A DNA stretch of 64,000 bases from Dipteris shenzhenensis (GCA_047967505.1 CM106538.1), one strand, 5' to 3'. Shown: positions 41,030 to 55,504, numbered from the stretch's first letter. A program made the numbers and translations. Notes: generated by a model from the letters alone, not told the origin.

Positions 41030-44000
41030 TGTATGAACTTTGACAAGCTCTATGTGCTTGTCCTCAAGTACCTACTTGATGAAATGGTACCTGACCCTTA
41101 TGTGTTTGGTCTTTGCATGAAAGATCGGATTCCGTGCTAGCTGAATAGCACTCATGGAATCACTATGTAATGTCGGTACACGTGTATGAATCCCCAAATC
41201 TCCTACTAGCTAATCAAGTGATATAGTCTCCTTGCAATCCTCTGTGGCTGCAACATACTCAGCCTCGGTGGTAGACAAAGTAACACACTTCTGTGCGTGA
41301 GACATCCACGATACTTCACGACTTGCAAAGGTGAACACATAACCAGAAGTGGATCTCCTACTATCCACATGCCCTGCATAGTTTAAATCTGTGTATCCAA
41401 GTACACGCATGTCTCCTCTACCAAAGCAGATGTACATCTCCTTGGTATCCTTCATGTAGCTCATGATGCACTTAACTGCCTCCCAATGCCTCTTTCGTGG
41501 ATTAGCCAAATACCAGCTAACAACTCCTACTGCAAATGCAATGTTTGGTCTAGTAGCTATCATAGCATACATAAGACTCCCAACCGCTGATGCATAAGGA
41601 ACCTTGGCCATCATGGTCCTCTCTTCATCTGATTTGGGACTATTTGTATGACTCAGTTTCACATATGGAGGCAATGGAGTACTCACTGCCTTCCCTCCCT
41701 TCATATTGAAACGTTGCAATACTTATGTAACATACTCCTTCTGTGAAAGCCAAAGGAGTTTCCTACTCTGATCATGCATGATGCGCATACCAAGAATATG
41801 ACCTGCAAGTCCCAAATCCTTCATATCAAAGGCCTCATGGAACTTGGCCTTTGATGCATCTAGCTCATAGGTATTCTTGCTAGCCAATAGCATATCATCC
41901 ACATATAGTGCCAAGAGTATCAGGCTATTATCCTTAGCCCTTTTAGTGTAGAGGCAGTGATCAATTTCACTCCTTCTACCTGGGACCAAATGAAAGCATT
42001 AAACTTCTGATACCATTTTCTAGGTGCTTGCTTAAGACCATAGAGACTCTTCTTCAGCTTGCAAACTAAATGCTCTTTGCCCTTTTCTTCAAAGCCTTTC
42101 GGTTGCACCATGTAAATTTCCTCATGTAGATCCTCATGCAAGAAAGCTGTCTTGACATCCATCTGCATAAGCTCCTTATCCTCTGCTACCACTAGTCCAA
42201 GCATGCATCTAAGTGTGGTCATCTTCACAACCGGAGAGAATATCTCATCAAAGTCCACACCCTTCTCTTGCTTGAACCCTTTAGCGACCAAATGGGCCTT
42301 GTACTTAGGTACATCATCACCTGTGACCTTCATCTTGTAGACCCATTTACATGGCAATGCTTTCTTTCCATGTGGCAAAGAAACCAAGTCCCAAGTCTTA
42401 TTCTTCATAAGTGAACTCATCTCTGATTGCATAGCATACTCCCACTTGCGTTGATCCTTGCGCATCATAGCCTCTCTGTAGCAAGAAGGCTCCTCGCAAT
42501 CAATAAGCATCACATAGTCTACCCTTGGAACAAGCCTATCAGGCGGTCTAGTTACTCTAGATGGATCTTCTTAAGGGAATTTCAGCTTGCTGTCCCACTT
42601 GCATAATATTAGTCACATTTGGGTCATCATTTCCACCAATAGATGATCCATCATCTACCCTTGATTGTATACCTGTGGGAGTACTTGGTGGTACCATTTC
42701 TTACACATTTGGTGCATGGACAACTTGCTGTCTATCAACATATGCAGATGGATTCACGTCTTGGAAAATGATTTTCCTCATTTCCACATCTCTTATGGGT
42801 GCCTTATGCATCTTCTTCTCATTGAAGGCTACATCATGGCTGCATATGATCTTCTTTGCTTCTGGATCCCAGAGACAATAGCCCATCTCTTCACTTTCAC
42901 TATAACCCAGAAAGATGCATTTCCTAGACTTAGGATCTAGCTTCTTTTGAATCTGTTTTGGCACATGTGCATGTCTTACATCCAAGTATACGCAAATGAG
43001 AGTAAGAGGGCTTCTTACCACTCCATGCCTCTTCAAGAATACTACCATCCAAACTCTTACTAAGTGATCTATTGATCACGTGCACTGCAGTGTTCATTGC
43101 CTCAGCCCAAAAACCACCAGAAAGACTTGCATTGAAAAGCATGCATTACAACCTTTCTTGAATGGTACGGTTCATCTTTTCTGTAACTGGATTTTGCTCT
43201 GGAGTATGAGGGGATGTAAGCTCCCTCTTAATCCCATGTGTATCACAGAAATGCTGGAAGTCATGAGAAAGATACTCTCCACCATTGTCAGTCTGTAGGG
43301 ATTTCAGCGTTCTATCTGACTGATTCTCAACTAAGGCCAGCTATTTTTGAAATACCTGGAATACATCACTCTTTCAAGCTATAGCATAAGCCCACACTTT
43401 CCTAGTTGCATCATCAATGAATGTCACATAGCATTCAGTCCCGCGCCTAATGATCGTGTAGGCATGGGACCACATACGTATGAATGCACCAAATCAAGCT
43501 TTTCAAACTCTTTCCCCTTCTTTTATGGGCTGATTTAGTCTGCTTCCCATAGAGACAGTGCTCACAAAATTCAAAATCAGAGAAACTTAAATGTCGTACA
43601 TAACCCAAACAGCATAAGAGTTTCATTCCATTTTGGCTCATATGGCCCAACTGGCAATGCCATAAAGAAGTGCTTGGTTGCTCGGTTATTGCAACAACAT
43701 GATCAAACACCCCTGATACATGCAAGGGATACAAAGTCCCACACTTGGTACCCCTGGCCAAAAGCATAGAGCCCTTCTGAATTTTTCTTCTGAATTTTTC
43801 AACTCCCAGAACCAAAGATGGTCTGAAAACCAGCATCATCTAGCTGACCCATTGAAATGAGACTCTTGGTCAGCTTAGGCACATGTGTCACATTTTTCAA
43901 AATAAATGCAGACCCATTTGCAAAAGAAAACTTTGTCACCTACTCCCACTATGTCACATGCATAGTCATTTCCAAGATGCACACAACCTGTCTTTCCACT

Positions 44001-44190
44001 GTCATAAGTGGAGAACCATTCCCTATGGGGAGTAACATGGAATGAAGCACCATAATCCAAAATCCAATTCTGAAAATATGCATCATCTGAAGTGGTAAGC
44101 AACTCTGCAGATAAACTAGACATGAAGAGAATGTCATTGTCACTATCATGTGTGATTGTATTAATCTTCTCGATCTTCACTTTTCCTTTG
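41030..44190 (-). mobile_element. Ty1/copia family A pol fragment (protease, integrase, RT, RNase H), frameshifted
   Basis: WILDYGASFHVTPHREWF; LWHCQLGHMS; FWAEAMNTAVHVINRS; KLDPKSRKCIFLGY; QMDVKTAFLH; LYGLKQAPR; LYVDDML; STSGYVF; LSTTEAEY. Confidence 0.95.
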
Positions 44191-44629
44191 GCACACTTCT
44201 TGGAGAAGCAGTGGAAGAGACAGGATATGCTAGATGTATACCCCACTGATCATATTAGTAAAGATGGTGGAGTCAAGCTTTCTAGCTTGCCAACAGACCT
44301 CCAAGATGTGCTGAAGAAGATAATGCACTTCTTTCCTGATACAAGAGGAACAGTGAAGCTTTGGGGATAGAAGCTGAAACAATGAAGGAAATGGAATTGT
44401 GGAGGCTTAAGTTTGCAATCTAAGTGCAAGGGAGAAAGAAACGATCAAGAGGAATAGAAGGCAGACTAGTGAAGGTAATGGAATAGTGGAGGTTTAAGTT
44501 TGTAGCCCAACTACAAGGGAGAAAGAAACGGTCAAGATGGATAGCAAACAAAATAGTGAAGGGAATGGAACTATCAAGGTGAAAGTCACCGTGGTGGTTG
44601 GCTCAAATTTTGATTAATTCAAGGCGGCA

Positions 44630-45480
44630 GTACTACCTTGCATGGTAATGAGTGATTAGAGATAATTAGTCTTCATGATTTATGTCCATGGCAATTACTA
44701 CCACCTTTTGTCGATGGTGGCATCTAAGATTCCACTGAGGTGGCGGCGGCGGCTAAGATTACCAATCACGTCTATGGTGGCGGCTAAGATTCCATCAGGC
44801 TGGCAGTTCATTACCAGCCACCACCGCAGTGGCCCACAATTACTCACCTACTAGTTACCACTACTAGGCCAGTTACCACAATCGAGCTTGCATGATTAAT
44901 AGAGTGCAACTAATTACCAGTCATCACCGGGCTTGCATGATCAGTAGAGTGCAACTAATTACTAGTCACCGGGCTTGCATGCTCAGTGGAGTGCATGGTA
45001 ATGAGTGATTAGAGGTGATTAGACTTCATGATTAATGTTTGTGGTAATTACAGCCACCTTCTGCTAGTGGTGGTGTCTTTGAGGTGGTGTTTAAGATTGT
45101 CATCCATGTCTGTAGTGGTGGCTAAGATTCCATTGGGCTGGCAGCTAATTACTAGCCACTACAATGGCCTATAATTACTCACATGCCAATTACTCACCTA
45201 CCAATTACCACCACACCAAGCTTGCATGATCGGTAGAGTGCAATTAATTTTACTAGTCACCGGGATTGCATGCTCAGTAGAGATGCTCAGTAGAGTGCAA
45301 GAAATTACCACAATTAGCTACCAGCTAATTACCAAGATGGTTGCATCTTCTTCATGATTACCGGCCATGTCATAATTAATTGCCATTTCCATCGGTGTTG
45401 AGGTGGCGTCTAGGGTAGCACCTAAGATTCCACCGGGCTAGTAGTTAATTACCAACCACCATGGTGGCCTGCAATTAAAA
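44630..45480. repeat. Complex tandem repeat (gcttgcatgatcagtagagtgcaactaattac / ctaagattcca units)
   Basis: Nested repeats with a higher-order period of ~350 bp. Confidence 0.75.
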
Positions 45481-46860
45481 TGGCTCATGATTATATTTGG
45501 ACGGGACCCTCCTCGAGATTTTGATTAATTAAGACAGTGGTCTAAAATGGCTCATGATTGGATGACACACTGGGCCTTCGAGTCAAAAGAAAGAAGAAGA
45601 AGATGACCCCAATGGCCCCATTCACCACGGTGGCTTGAACTTTGTAAGATATAAGGTCCGTGGCATTTGGCTACTTTGCTCTCATCTGCCTCTGCTCTGC
45701 TACTTTGCTCCACACACCCTCCTCTAACTTTTTTGCCCCTACTTTACTTTGCTCCATGCTCCATCCTCCAACTCTCATCCACTCATCTGCTCCCCTGCTC
45801 GTCCACTCCACTGATCACCCACTCTTTTCACCATGCATGGAGCATGCATGTTACTACTATCACCCCTCAGTGCAACATGATCCCAATCTTGTTTGCCTTC
45901 TCGTATAAGGACATATTGTTGCACTCTGTTAGGACTTGAAATGCTCGCTCTTGTGGAATCTCTTCGTCCCCTTGGTGGATTCCCCCCACATCTGCATGTC
46001 ACTACTTTGGATGGCATGCACACATGTAGCCTCTATATGGTTGTGATGTATGGATTCTTGGGAGACGTTGAGAAGGGCTAAGGATTTTTATAGCATAGTA
46101 CTCTCATCTTATTGTGGGGACCATAGTTTGAGAGGAGAATTTGTGCAATGTGTACAGTCTTCGGGCTCTCCATCGGCTCCCCAAAAAATTTGAATGCAAC
46201 AAGCTGGGCTAGCAACAATATTGAGTTGTACAAATATCATCTTGCTCAATGAGGCTCATAACCACTCAGCAATGGCTCGAGTAATATTTTGGCCTCTAAG
46301 GCTAAGAGATCTTTTGGCTTGCTGGATGTAATCTTTTGGTCTCTAAGGCTCTCAACAATTCCTAAGTTTTTACAAATTTAATATCTTTGCCCAATTTGAG
46401 GCTCTCAATATAAACTGTACATAGTTAATTTTTATATAAACCACTCAGCAATGGCTGAGTGGTTATGCTCACTAGATGTAATCTTTTGGCCTCTAAGGCT
46501 CTCAGCAATTTCACTGGGTTTTTACAAATGTAAGATCTTTCGGTCAATTTTTTCTTTCAGTATAAATTGTTGTGAAATTTTATATAACCTATTATTAAAT
46601 GTAGATATAATCTCTTTTGCTCATTTTTTACTCAATGAATTGTAGTTGATTATCTAGATGCTGCCACCAAGCCTCTAGTCACCATGGTGGCTCGAAATAC
46701 TTTTGTCCTTATTTAGGATTTATTGCAACAAGGACTAAAATACTCTAAAATACCAGTAAAGTAGGATAGGACCAGAATAGCACTAAAATAGCTCCAACAA
46801 CCCACTGTGGTGGCTGCATGGAGATACATCTAGAAAAATACAATTAAACTTTTATAAAAA

Positions 46861-47016
46861 GCGATTGACAATATGACCCTTGAGGGGTCCCCTCTAGGGG
46901 CAAGGGCCATATCGACATGCCTTATATAATATCCAAGATGCCACTAGATAGATGTGGCATGTCGATATGGCCCTTGTCCCTAAAGGGGACCCATCAAGGG
47001 CCATATCAATGATTGC
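46861..47016. repeat. ~60-bp-arm inverted repeat (MITE-like foldback)
   Basis: Arms 46861-46921 and 46956-47016 are reverse complements with few mismatches. Confidence 0.8.
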
Positions 47017-47059
47017 ATTTTCCTTGGTTGCACAAATACATTTTTCCTTGGTGCACTAA

Positions 47060-47775
47060 TATATAACTCCAAGAACTAGTGTGGTGGTTGTCATAGATCT
47101 CCTTCTATTTCCAACATAATGGTCGTCATAGATCTCCTTCTGTAATAAGTAAAAATAGGTAACTCCATAACCCCAAGAACTAGCCCAATGGTTGCTCTAA
47201 GCCAACCTTGAATTTTTCTTATCTACATGGGCACGTTGCTTGGTGATAGGTGGCGAGGTTACTGCAAAAGGCTAGGCAATCACAAGTGATGGCCAGAGAC
47301 TGCTGCGTGAAGCAGGGAAGAGCTATCGTGTGTCGAGCTCTGCAGTGTTCAGAATGATAGAATGAGTTTCATTATTATGCCGAGAACCAACACGGTGATC
47401 GCTCCACATCAACCTAGAATTTTCATGATTTGCATGGGTGCGTTGCCCGATGACAAGTGGAAAAGATACAGCATAAAGTTGCAGGATGATAGGTGGTCAA
47501 CAAAGCAATGTAGAGATGCACCATGTAGTCAGGCCAGAGACTACGCTGTGTGAAGCACGGTAGAGCTGCCGTGTGTCGAGCTTTGTGGTGTTCAGAATAA
47601 ATAGGTTGCGTCTCATTATTACACCAGTGTGGCATTATGATGTCAAAAAAATTTCCGACAAGAGCAGGGGTCCATCCCAAATTCAAAATCTCACTTAGGA
47701 GTGGGTTGTGTTGCAGCCCCAAAATGGCCCCAAAAATTGTTCTGCAATTGGCTACACCCAAACAAACATTGACCC
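47060..47775. mobile_element. Terminus of the same DNA-transposon family as ~12200-13054
   Basis: ccccaaaatggc..aaaaat..attggctacacccaa.caaac.tgaccc shared; homology ends at the same point. Confidence 0.65.
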
Positions 47776-48276
47776 ATTTGGAATACTTGAGGAATGGAGA
47801 ATCACCATATAGAGCAAAGAATACCTACTTCAAAAATTCAAGACATAATGATGGGATCAGTACAGGAGTGAGAAGACAAACACATTAAGAAGTGCAAAAT
47901 CTGATCATACTTGTGACTCAAGGCCAAGAGACATGCTACTTGGGATTTGTCCATAAAGAGCCAAGGGCTTGCATTTTGGTTGCAACATAGAATTAGACAA
48001 GGGAGTTGATGGGTCCATAGAGAACCCAAAGCTATTGAATGAAGTAAAATCTTCTATGATAAATAAAGTGAACATTGTTTGGAGTCAATCACTTGTTCTA
48101 GATTTTGCAAAAGATGTAGTTAGATAAATGTGTGTGTGTGTGTGTTCATCACTTCAAAGGGATCTCTTATGATGTATGTGTCAAGACTCTGTGTTGGAGA
48201 ACCCAGATCCAAGTTCACAGTTGTGCCAGGCTCTACCTTCTGAATCTTTTTTTGATTCTCTCTATCAGGCACAACA

Positions 48277-49440
48277 ATGAGGAGTTTGTATTTATTTTAT
48301 GGGATGCATGATGAATCATCTTCTCTATGTGCTTGGCCATTAGCAACAGTTGGTGGTAACAAACTGGATTCCTTTGTCTTTCTTGGTAAAGGTTTTTATT
48401 ATGCACGTTGCATTGATGTGGATACACTTTATCAGTTAGTCAATATGGCTGGTGTACATGGTGTAGGTTTTTTTGCTTATGTAATGCCTTGGGATCCCCT
48501 TTTTGACCCATCCAAAACTCTCATGTGTTTATGTCCTGTTTAGGTCACTCTCAAGGCCTTGCCAGTTCCTCTACTCTCACATCTATCCTCTATTGTAGCT
48601 TTGTTGGGGAGAGTGTTGTATCTTCCTAAGCAAGATTTTCTGGTTTTGAGTAGGGACATCCGATTTTGTGTCTTGTGGGATATGGAAGAGCCCATTCCTT
48701 TGTGTTTAGATATTGATTATGGGTTTCCGCATCCTTTTCGCATTCTATTAAATTTTGCATCCTTCCCGAATGCGTGTTACAAATGCAGACAAATTGGTCA
48801 TTTTGCTCAGAGTTGCCCCTCTGCCTCACATCAATCTAATCTTATTACTCTCTTATTAATGACACCTTGGTTCCCCCTCGGGTTTCTACTCCTGTTTGCT
48901 TTGAAAAATTGGATCAACAGTTTAAGCATAAAAAAGAATGGAGAAGGGTGCACCCTGAAGGGAAAGCCTCAGTCACAGTGTCTTCTTCGGTTTCTTTGTC
49001 AAATCCCTTTCAGGCTCTTTCTTTCTGTGATACTCTTATGTCAGATACTCAATTGCAGATGCCTCAAATGCTTCATCGTGATGTTCCCCCTTCCTCTACT
49101 ATTTCAACTCTTTCTACTATTGATATATATGATCCTTGGGAGCCCTCTTCAATTCAGTATGTGTCTTCACCAGACCCTCTAGTCTCTCAATCACTACCTT
49201 GTAAGTTGTAGGTGAATCTATCACCCTCAGATATAGCTCATGATGAGGATTTGCATGTGGATTTGATAGAGCAGGATACACAGGTGGATATCTCTCCTTC
49301 TGATGTAGTTGATGATGATACTGTGGAATAGACTGTGGATTTGAGAGCTCAAGATACACAGGAGTAGATCAAGAGCCAAAGAGTCTATTTGCGAAAAAAC
49401 TTGAGCATAGAAACCTATTGTAGCTCGCAAGCAGAGTCAA
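48277..49440 (+). pseudogene. L1 LINE ORF1 (DUF4283-like plus CCHC knuckle)
   Basis: FLGKGFYY..PWDPLFDP..CPV*VTLKALP..LGRVL..PNACYKCRQIGHFAQSCP. Confidence 0.8.
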
Positions 49441-49449
49441 AGCTTGGTT

Positions 49450-50500
49450 TCTAAACGTATGTTATACGTTCAAACAAGATTTAGCCATGTTGCAGACATT
49501 AAACTGATTCAAGATAAACAAAGTCCTCTGCTAGCCCAGCATGTAGTAGTATTTTTCTATAACATGCCCGGAGAAGCCCACGCCCTGTGCAAAAGTTCAA
49601 TGTTGGGGCTAGGAGTACTGAAACCCAAACAAGAGTGAGGCAAATTGCTAGTCTCTAGTCAATACATAGGACATCATCATATCCCATCAGTTATACACGG
49701 GCTAAATAATGCCATCAAATCCTGGCACAATGGAAGGATCATCCTAATCCTCGATGACCTTGACGGCTCACCACTGTGGTTCATCACCACGGGTCTACTC
49801 AACAGCAATCAATAACGTAAAAAGTGGGAAAAGAAACTCTCGGTAAGATATGGATTTCTTGGTAGAGATGTCTAGTAAACTGAGGAAGTAAGATTGCTAA
49901 CTGATGACCAATCTACTTCATAGGGATGACAACCTGCAACTATCATTCCACAAAGGAAAGCGGCTACCCAGGCTCGCAAAGAGGCACGTAATTGTGTGTA
50001 GTGTAAATGTCCACACAACAGTTCAACAGAGATACTACACAAATATGATTGTTCCTATGAGAAGAAGTAAGCATCCATTGATTAAAGTGAACACTGGTGG
50101 TGCAAACCATCCCGTGGACATTTTTTAGGACAACTGATTCGAGTAAGGGCAAGCGGGAGAGTATAGACACTGCGCTTCTACAATCCCACATAATAAAATA
50201 TGAGCAATACTTTGACATGGTGATGAAATGGACCTAGGGTGCCTCTGTTGTGCATATCTGTCAACAACTAAGGAGCTTCAAAGCATGAGTTCAATACATT
50301 CTGTCTCCATTTGTTAGTCTTCTGTGAAATCTTTGAGTGATGTACAAAGCTCCTCCCAAACTACACTCCACTCACTCCTCGGCAAGGTTTCCAAGACAAA
50401 AGGGGAGGGAAACAATTGGCCACTTATTTCTCGACCTGCAAATACCAATCTTAATACTAGGATCAAAAATCCAAAAATCATACCAACTCCATCCATAGTA
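49450..50500 (-). pseudogene. Possible decayed L1 endonuclease region
   Basis: Fragments such as SAVSILSRLPLL, ICVVS..IYTTHN and RASLRAW resemble L1 APE motifs; heavily broken. Confidence 0.3.
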
Positions 50501-50603
50501 CAAGGTAGAGGCCCTAATTTTCACCTTTTATGGGGTAGCCAAGGTATATGCACACCAAGGATCATAGGGGTCCCAAATATGATATGCATACCAAGGATTA
50601 AGG

Positions 50604-52945
50604 TGTGGGGGTTAAAGGTCACTGTGCCTTTACCCCGGTTATGTATAATACTTAAACACATGTATAAATGAATGAAAAAGAAGATTAGGGTGTTTTGCAC
50701 CCACCAAAAACTTGTGTGGCTCTCTCTTTCTCTCTCTCTCCCCCTCTTCCGCCGTTTTGCTTCCGTTGAGAGCACTGTTAACTGGTATCAGAGCCCGAGT
50801 GATCTAGTTGAGCATGCGTGAATGCTTGGAAGCTCAGCAGCTTTGTGGAAAGAAGGAGAAGCTGTGTGGGAAGCTTTGTGGGTGACTTTACTTGCATCCA
50901 AGTGCACAGAGACCTTGAAGGAACCTTTGGAAAAGTCACTTTGGTTTTGCGAAGTGGTTTTGAGAGCCTGTTAAGTGTTTTCAAAGAAAAAGTCATTTTT
51001 TAAGCTTTTCCCTGTTCCGTTCAACAACAGAGACTCTGTATTGACTTGTAGAGGCAACCATTGCCTGCTTTTGGTCTCCATTTCACTTTAGGAGCTTAAA
51101 AACATCTTTATTCTTGAATTTGAAATCATTTCAATGGATTTCTAACTCATTGTGTCAGTTCCTATTTCTCACTCATCGGTTGGGATTTTGGAGTTCCAGC
51201 AGAAGAGAGATATTTGCAGATTGTCTTGCTGAGTCCGATTATGCAATGGGACCCATGTTTTGAGGCATCTCAGGTTCTATTTTTAGTAACGGTCATTGCC
51301 ATGGGACCACAATTTCTTAAGCATACCTTATCCAGATCACTCTGGTTGCAGTTTGAGCCATGTGGCTCATTCGTGGTGTGCATTGGATTGCAGTGGATGA
51401 TTTATAGACCATTTTGATGCATTGTGATTCTTATTGGATGCGTTGATAGGCCCAGATTTCCTTGTGGGATGCTATTTTTTATGGACGCTTTGCACATGGA
51501 TGCTATTTTATGTTGAGGGACAGCTGTTTGACACATTGCAATTCATGTACTAATAGTTTTATGCTCTCTTAGATGAGATATTGTTGATGCATATGCCCAT
51601 GGATAGTGTTTATGCTTGAGCCATTTGGCACTTATTGGCATTTTGGATTGCCATTGCAGTGGGTATTTTCTTTTGGGCCATATTTGCTCTTATGGATGCA
51701 TAGTACATGCACATGAGTCAGCTGTATCTTTTAATGCTTTGAGCTTTGAGTTTTTGTGATATTTCACTCTATTGTGGCATACACATTTGGGTGCACCTAG
51801 TATTTGGTGTGATTCTCTCTTGCAAGCACTAGCATTTGGGATTTTTCTTTATTTGCATCATGGCATCCTCTTCCATGTCTGAAAAGGAGTTTTTCAACAT
51901 TAAAAAGTTTGATGAGATAAACTTTTCTTTGTGGGAAGAATAGATAAGGGATGTGCTTATTCAAAAGAAGTAGATAAAACCCTTGCAAGGGATTGTAACT
52001 AAGCCTGCAGCTATGTCCACATATGAATGGAATGAGTTCAATGCATTGGCAAAGTCTACCATTAGACTTCATCTTGGGGAGACACTTTATTTCATAGTAG
52101 TCACTGAAAAGACTACATAAGCTTTATGGAAAAAGTTGTGTGCTACATATGAGAAAGAGACTGCCTCAAACAAAGTCTATCTCATGAAGAGATTGTTTGA
52201 GCTACACATGAAGGAGGGAGTATCCATAGCTTTGCAATTGAATGAATTTAATATCATTTTTAGTCAGCTTCAAGCTCAAAAGCTGAATTTCGATGCGAAT
52301 GAGTTGGATGCATTGGCAAAGTCTACCATTAGACTTCATCTTGGGGAGACAGTTTATTTCACAGTAGTCACTGAAAAGACTACTGAAGCTTTATGGAAAA
52401 AGCTGTGCGCTACGTATGCGAAAGAGACTGCTTCAAACAAAGTCTATCTCATGAAGAGATTGTTTGAGCTGCACATGAAGGAGGGAGTATCCATAGCTTT
52501 GCACTTGAATGAATTTAATATCATTTTCAGTTAGCTTCAACCTCAAAAGCTAAATTTCGATGCGAAAATGAGGGCAATATTTCTCTTATGCTCATTATCA
52601 TCCTCATGGGATACTTTCCGTACTGCTATCAGTAACTCTGTACCTGGTGGAGTATTGAACTTTGATAATGTGGTTGGTAGCTTGTTGGCCGAGGAGATTA
52701 GACGGAATTCAATGGAAGGCAACAAGCAGGATGCAACCTTAAATGTGCAAAGGGGCAGATCACAGTCTAGGGGGCAGTTTCAAGAAAGAGGGAAGTCCCA
52801 TAGCAAGTCCAGGGCACAGAACATTGAGTGTCACTATTGTGGCAAGAAGGGCCACATGAAAAAGGATTGCTACAAGCTTGAAAGAGAGCAAAATGATAAG
52901 AAAAAGAATGCAAGGGTGCAAATCAGAAGGAAGAGAACTCTGAGA
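50604..52945 (+). mobile_element. Ty1/copia family A 5' part: LTR 50604-50780, PBS, long 5' leader, gag from 51860
   Basis: LTR is the reverse complement of 6525-6694; tggtatcagagcc at 50783; gag with CHYCGKKGHMKKDC; truncated after the knuckle. Confidence 0.92.
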
Positions 52946-54849
52946 CGTTACTGAGGCCAGATGTTTCCATCTATTCTATAGAAGTGAAATGGCAGCTTGT
53001 GGCATTGTAAAGAGCATAAGGGAGTAGTTGTCGGTGATTTAGAGCTTACTAATGGTGATATACTGACATTCACTGAGTGCATGGTTTATATACGGTAGTG
53101 CTTGACTCAATTAGAAATGGATCCCAAGACTTCTGCCATGATTCATCTTTGTGATGGTTGAGGGTGAAATACCCGCCCCAGGATACCTAGAGCGGTCGTG
53201 ATGGGTTGGAGACTGTAAACGAAATGAGTAGATCATTTGTTAATAGTTCAACCAATCATTTTGAAGACCTTGGCTATATGATGGAAGCGCCTCCATGAGT
53301 AGGCAGTCGGTTTAGAAGGCACTCATGATTATCTGTTACGTTACGATTTTCTACATGCATTGATCCCTGTGAACGATAAGAAGAGGTACGTGAGCAAGGG
53401 AGCTATCCATTTGGATAGGAGCTATGAGCCACAACCCCCAGATAAATTCAAAGAGAACGTCACGAATACTTATGGTAGTTTACCCACCAAGTGATGGATG
53501 GAAGAAACGACGAGGATGCATAAGATCTACCTACATGAAAATTCAGTTCGTGTTTTCTTGCCCGCCATCCAGCTTGATGAGTTTCTAGACTTGTTTTACC
53601 ACGATTGTCTTGCTGCTCCCAAACATTCCTCAATAGGGACCTTGATTTACGTTTATACCTCTATTTTCTCATACGTAAGTTGTGTGGAAGCTTGTTTTCA
53701 TAAAAATTTGTGGAGAGAGAGACAAAGACAGAAGAGGAGTACAGAGGGAAAGAGCCATAGCATTCAACTGAATTCTCTTTTCTTTTTGCTTATGCAACAA
53801 CAGTTTGGTTCATGCACTGCCACCTTGAGCTTCACAACACCTTGGGTTTGGAAATGGCCTTTGTAATTGGTGACGATCCAAATCCTGAAAACTCTCTCCT
53901 TCCCCCACCTCCAGACCTTCCCTGTTGCTAAACATGTGTGTTGAGATATCGAGCTCCACTTGTGATATGCCAGGGTGACCGTTGTGCATTTATGTCACCG
54001 ACTTGTTAGCTGCATATGCGGTTGGTACACCGCCCATGAATAATAGCTGGATGACAGCTATCTTTATGTACTCTAGTTAGTGGCTCAATTAGTATGCCAC
54101 CTAGGTTAGCTGAGTTTGGTTTGAGACCCACATATAGGGTTCATCTATTCCTTTTGTACTAAGAAAGAGAGATTCTTTTGGCTTTTACAACTAAGAGGAA
54201 AACTGTTTTCAGCCTCCACCTTTGTGTGTATTCCCGTATTGTGTATGTGAGAAAGATGCAAGTGAGACTCCTTACTTCTCTCCCACTCTCTTCACAGGGC
54301 AGCAACCGAATCCATAGTAGTAGGATCCACACCAAGATGTACAGCAGCAGGATGCATAGTAGTAGGATCTACAGCAGCAGGATCCATAGCAGCAGCAACC
54401 TGAGTAGCATGTAGAAGATTCTCAGAAGGAGTCTCCACTGCAAAAAAGTCAAGAGAGAGACGTTTGACTAAAGTCGCTATATAGCAAGCCTTGATGAGAT
54501 GTGCTTCCAATACCGATGTTTAGCACCCCGTGCACGCTAAATGTCTGTACTTAAATGTCGCAATAGGATCCATGTGTAGTAGTGCACATTTGACAATTGG
54601 ATCATCATTCTTATCGCATCATTTACTTATACAAACAATATTTAAACATTACTTATCACATCATTTATCATGTCACTGTAAATATACAAACTTGAACAAT
54701 GGAGTGGATCCAAACTTGGATGATATATAAAACTAAAAATGTTACAAGTTCCATGATCGATCACTCATGTTACATCCCGTCCAAGAAAGACTCAGTCATT
54801 GGCTACTCATTGGCTAGTCTAAGTCCTTGATTTGGACTAAGCTCTGAGC

Positions 54850-55504
54850 TGTATACCACATCTTAGAGCAATGTCAAAAACCCCATAAAAATCTACAGTA
54901 CTTGGACGTCTATTCAGTTCGGCTAACTTTCCCTGAACCGTAAATCATCGTAGACGCCCGATTAGAGCTTCTGCGGGTCTCGTACTTGGCGATGGTGCAC
55001 AAATGTCCAAGATTTTCAAGATGTGATGAGACATGGTGTACACATCTTGTGCAACATCAAAAGGTGGGGGATTGGTGCAGAGGCAGTCTAGAGCAATGTG
55101 ACGAAACCTAGCAATGGAGCTCCGCACAGTGTTGGGGCTATCACTGAGTAATGCGGGATCTATAGTGCTTTTTAATGCTGCATGGGGGTCATCATTCCTC
55201 AATCACAAATGCAGAGATACACCTCCTCGGATGACTCTGAGAAGTGTAGCATAACGTTTTGCGCATGCAAATCATTATGCAAGACATTGTGTTGGTGCAT
55301 GTAATGAATAGTGCGAACTAGTGCATTTAAAATATCAAATACATGCTGATGGACCCATGGAGCTCTAGCAGGCATTTTCGCATCATCTTTGTGAAACACT
55401 GGAGATGGTCGCTTTCTATCATGTCCGAGGTAGGTTAACCATCTTTCCAAATGATTTCCATTCTAGAACCAAAATAGTATCATTGGGTTATCATCATGGA
55501 CCTC
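54850..55504 (-). pseudogene. Protein kinase domain remnant (HND-type catalytic loop)
   Basis: IHYMHQHNVLHNDLHAQNVML..ICD*G (decayed DWG), RHIALDC (APE position), QDVY, RRPS; stops and a frameshift. Confidence 0.7.

Noticed and set aside
54515-54545. Helitron 3' terminal hairpin
   Set aside because: Hairpin is present but no correctly spaced CTRR end on either strand
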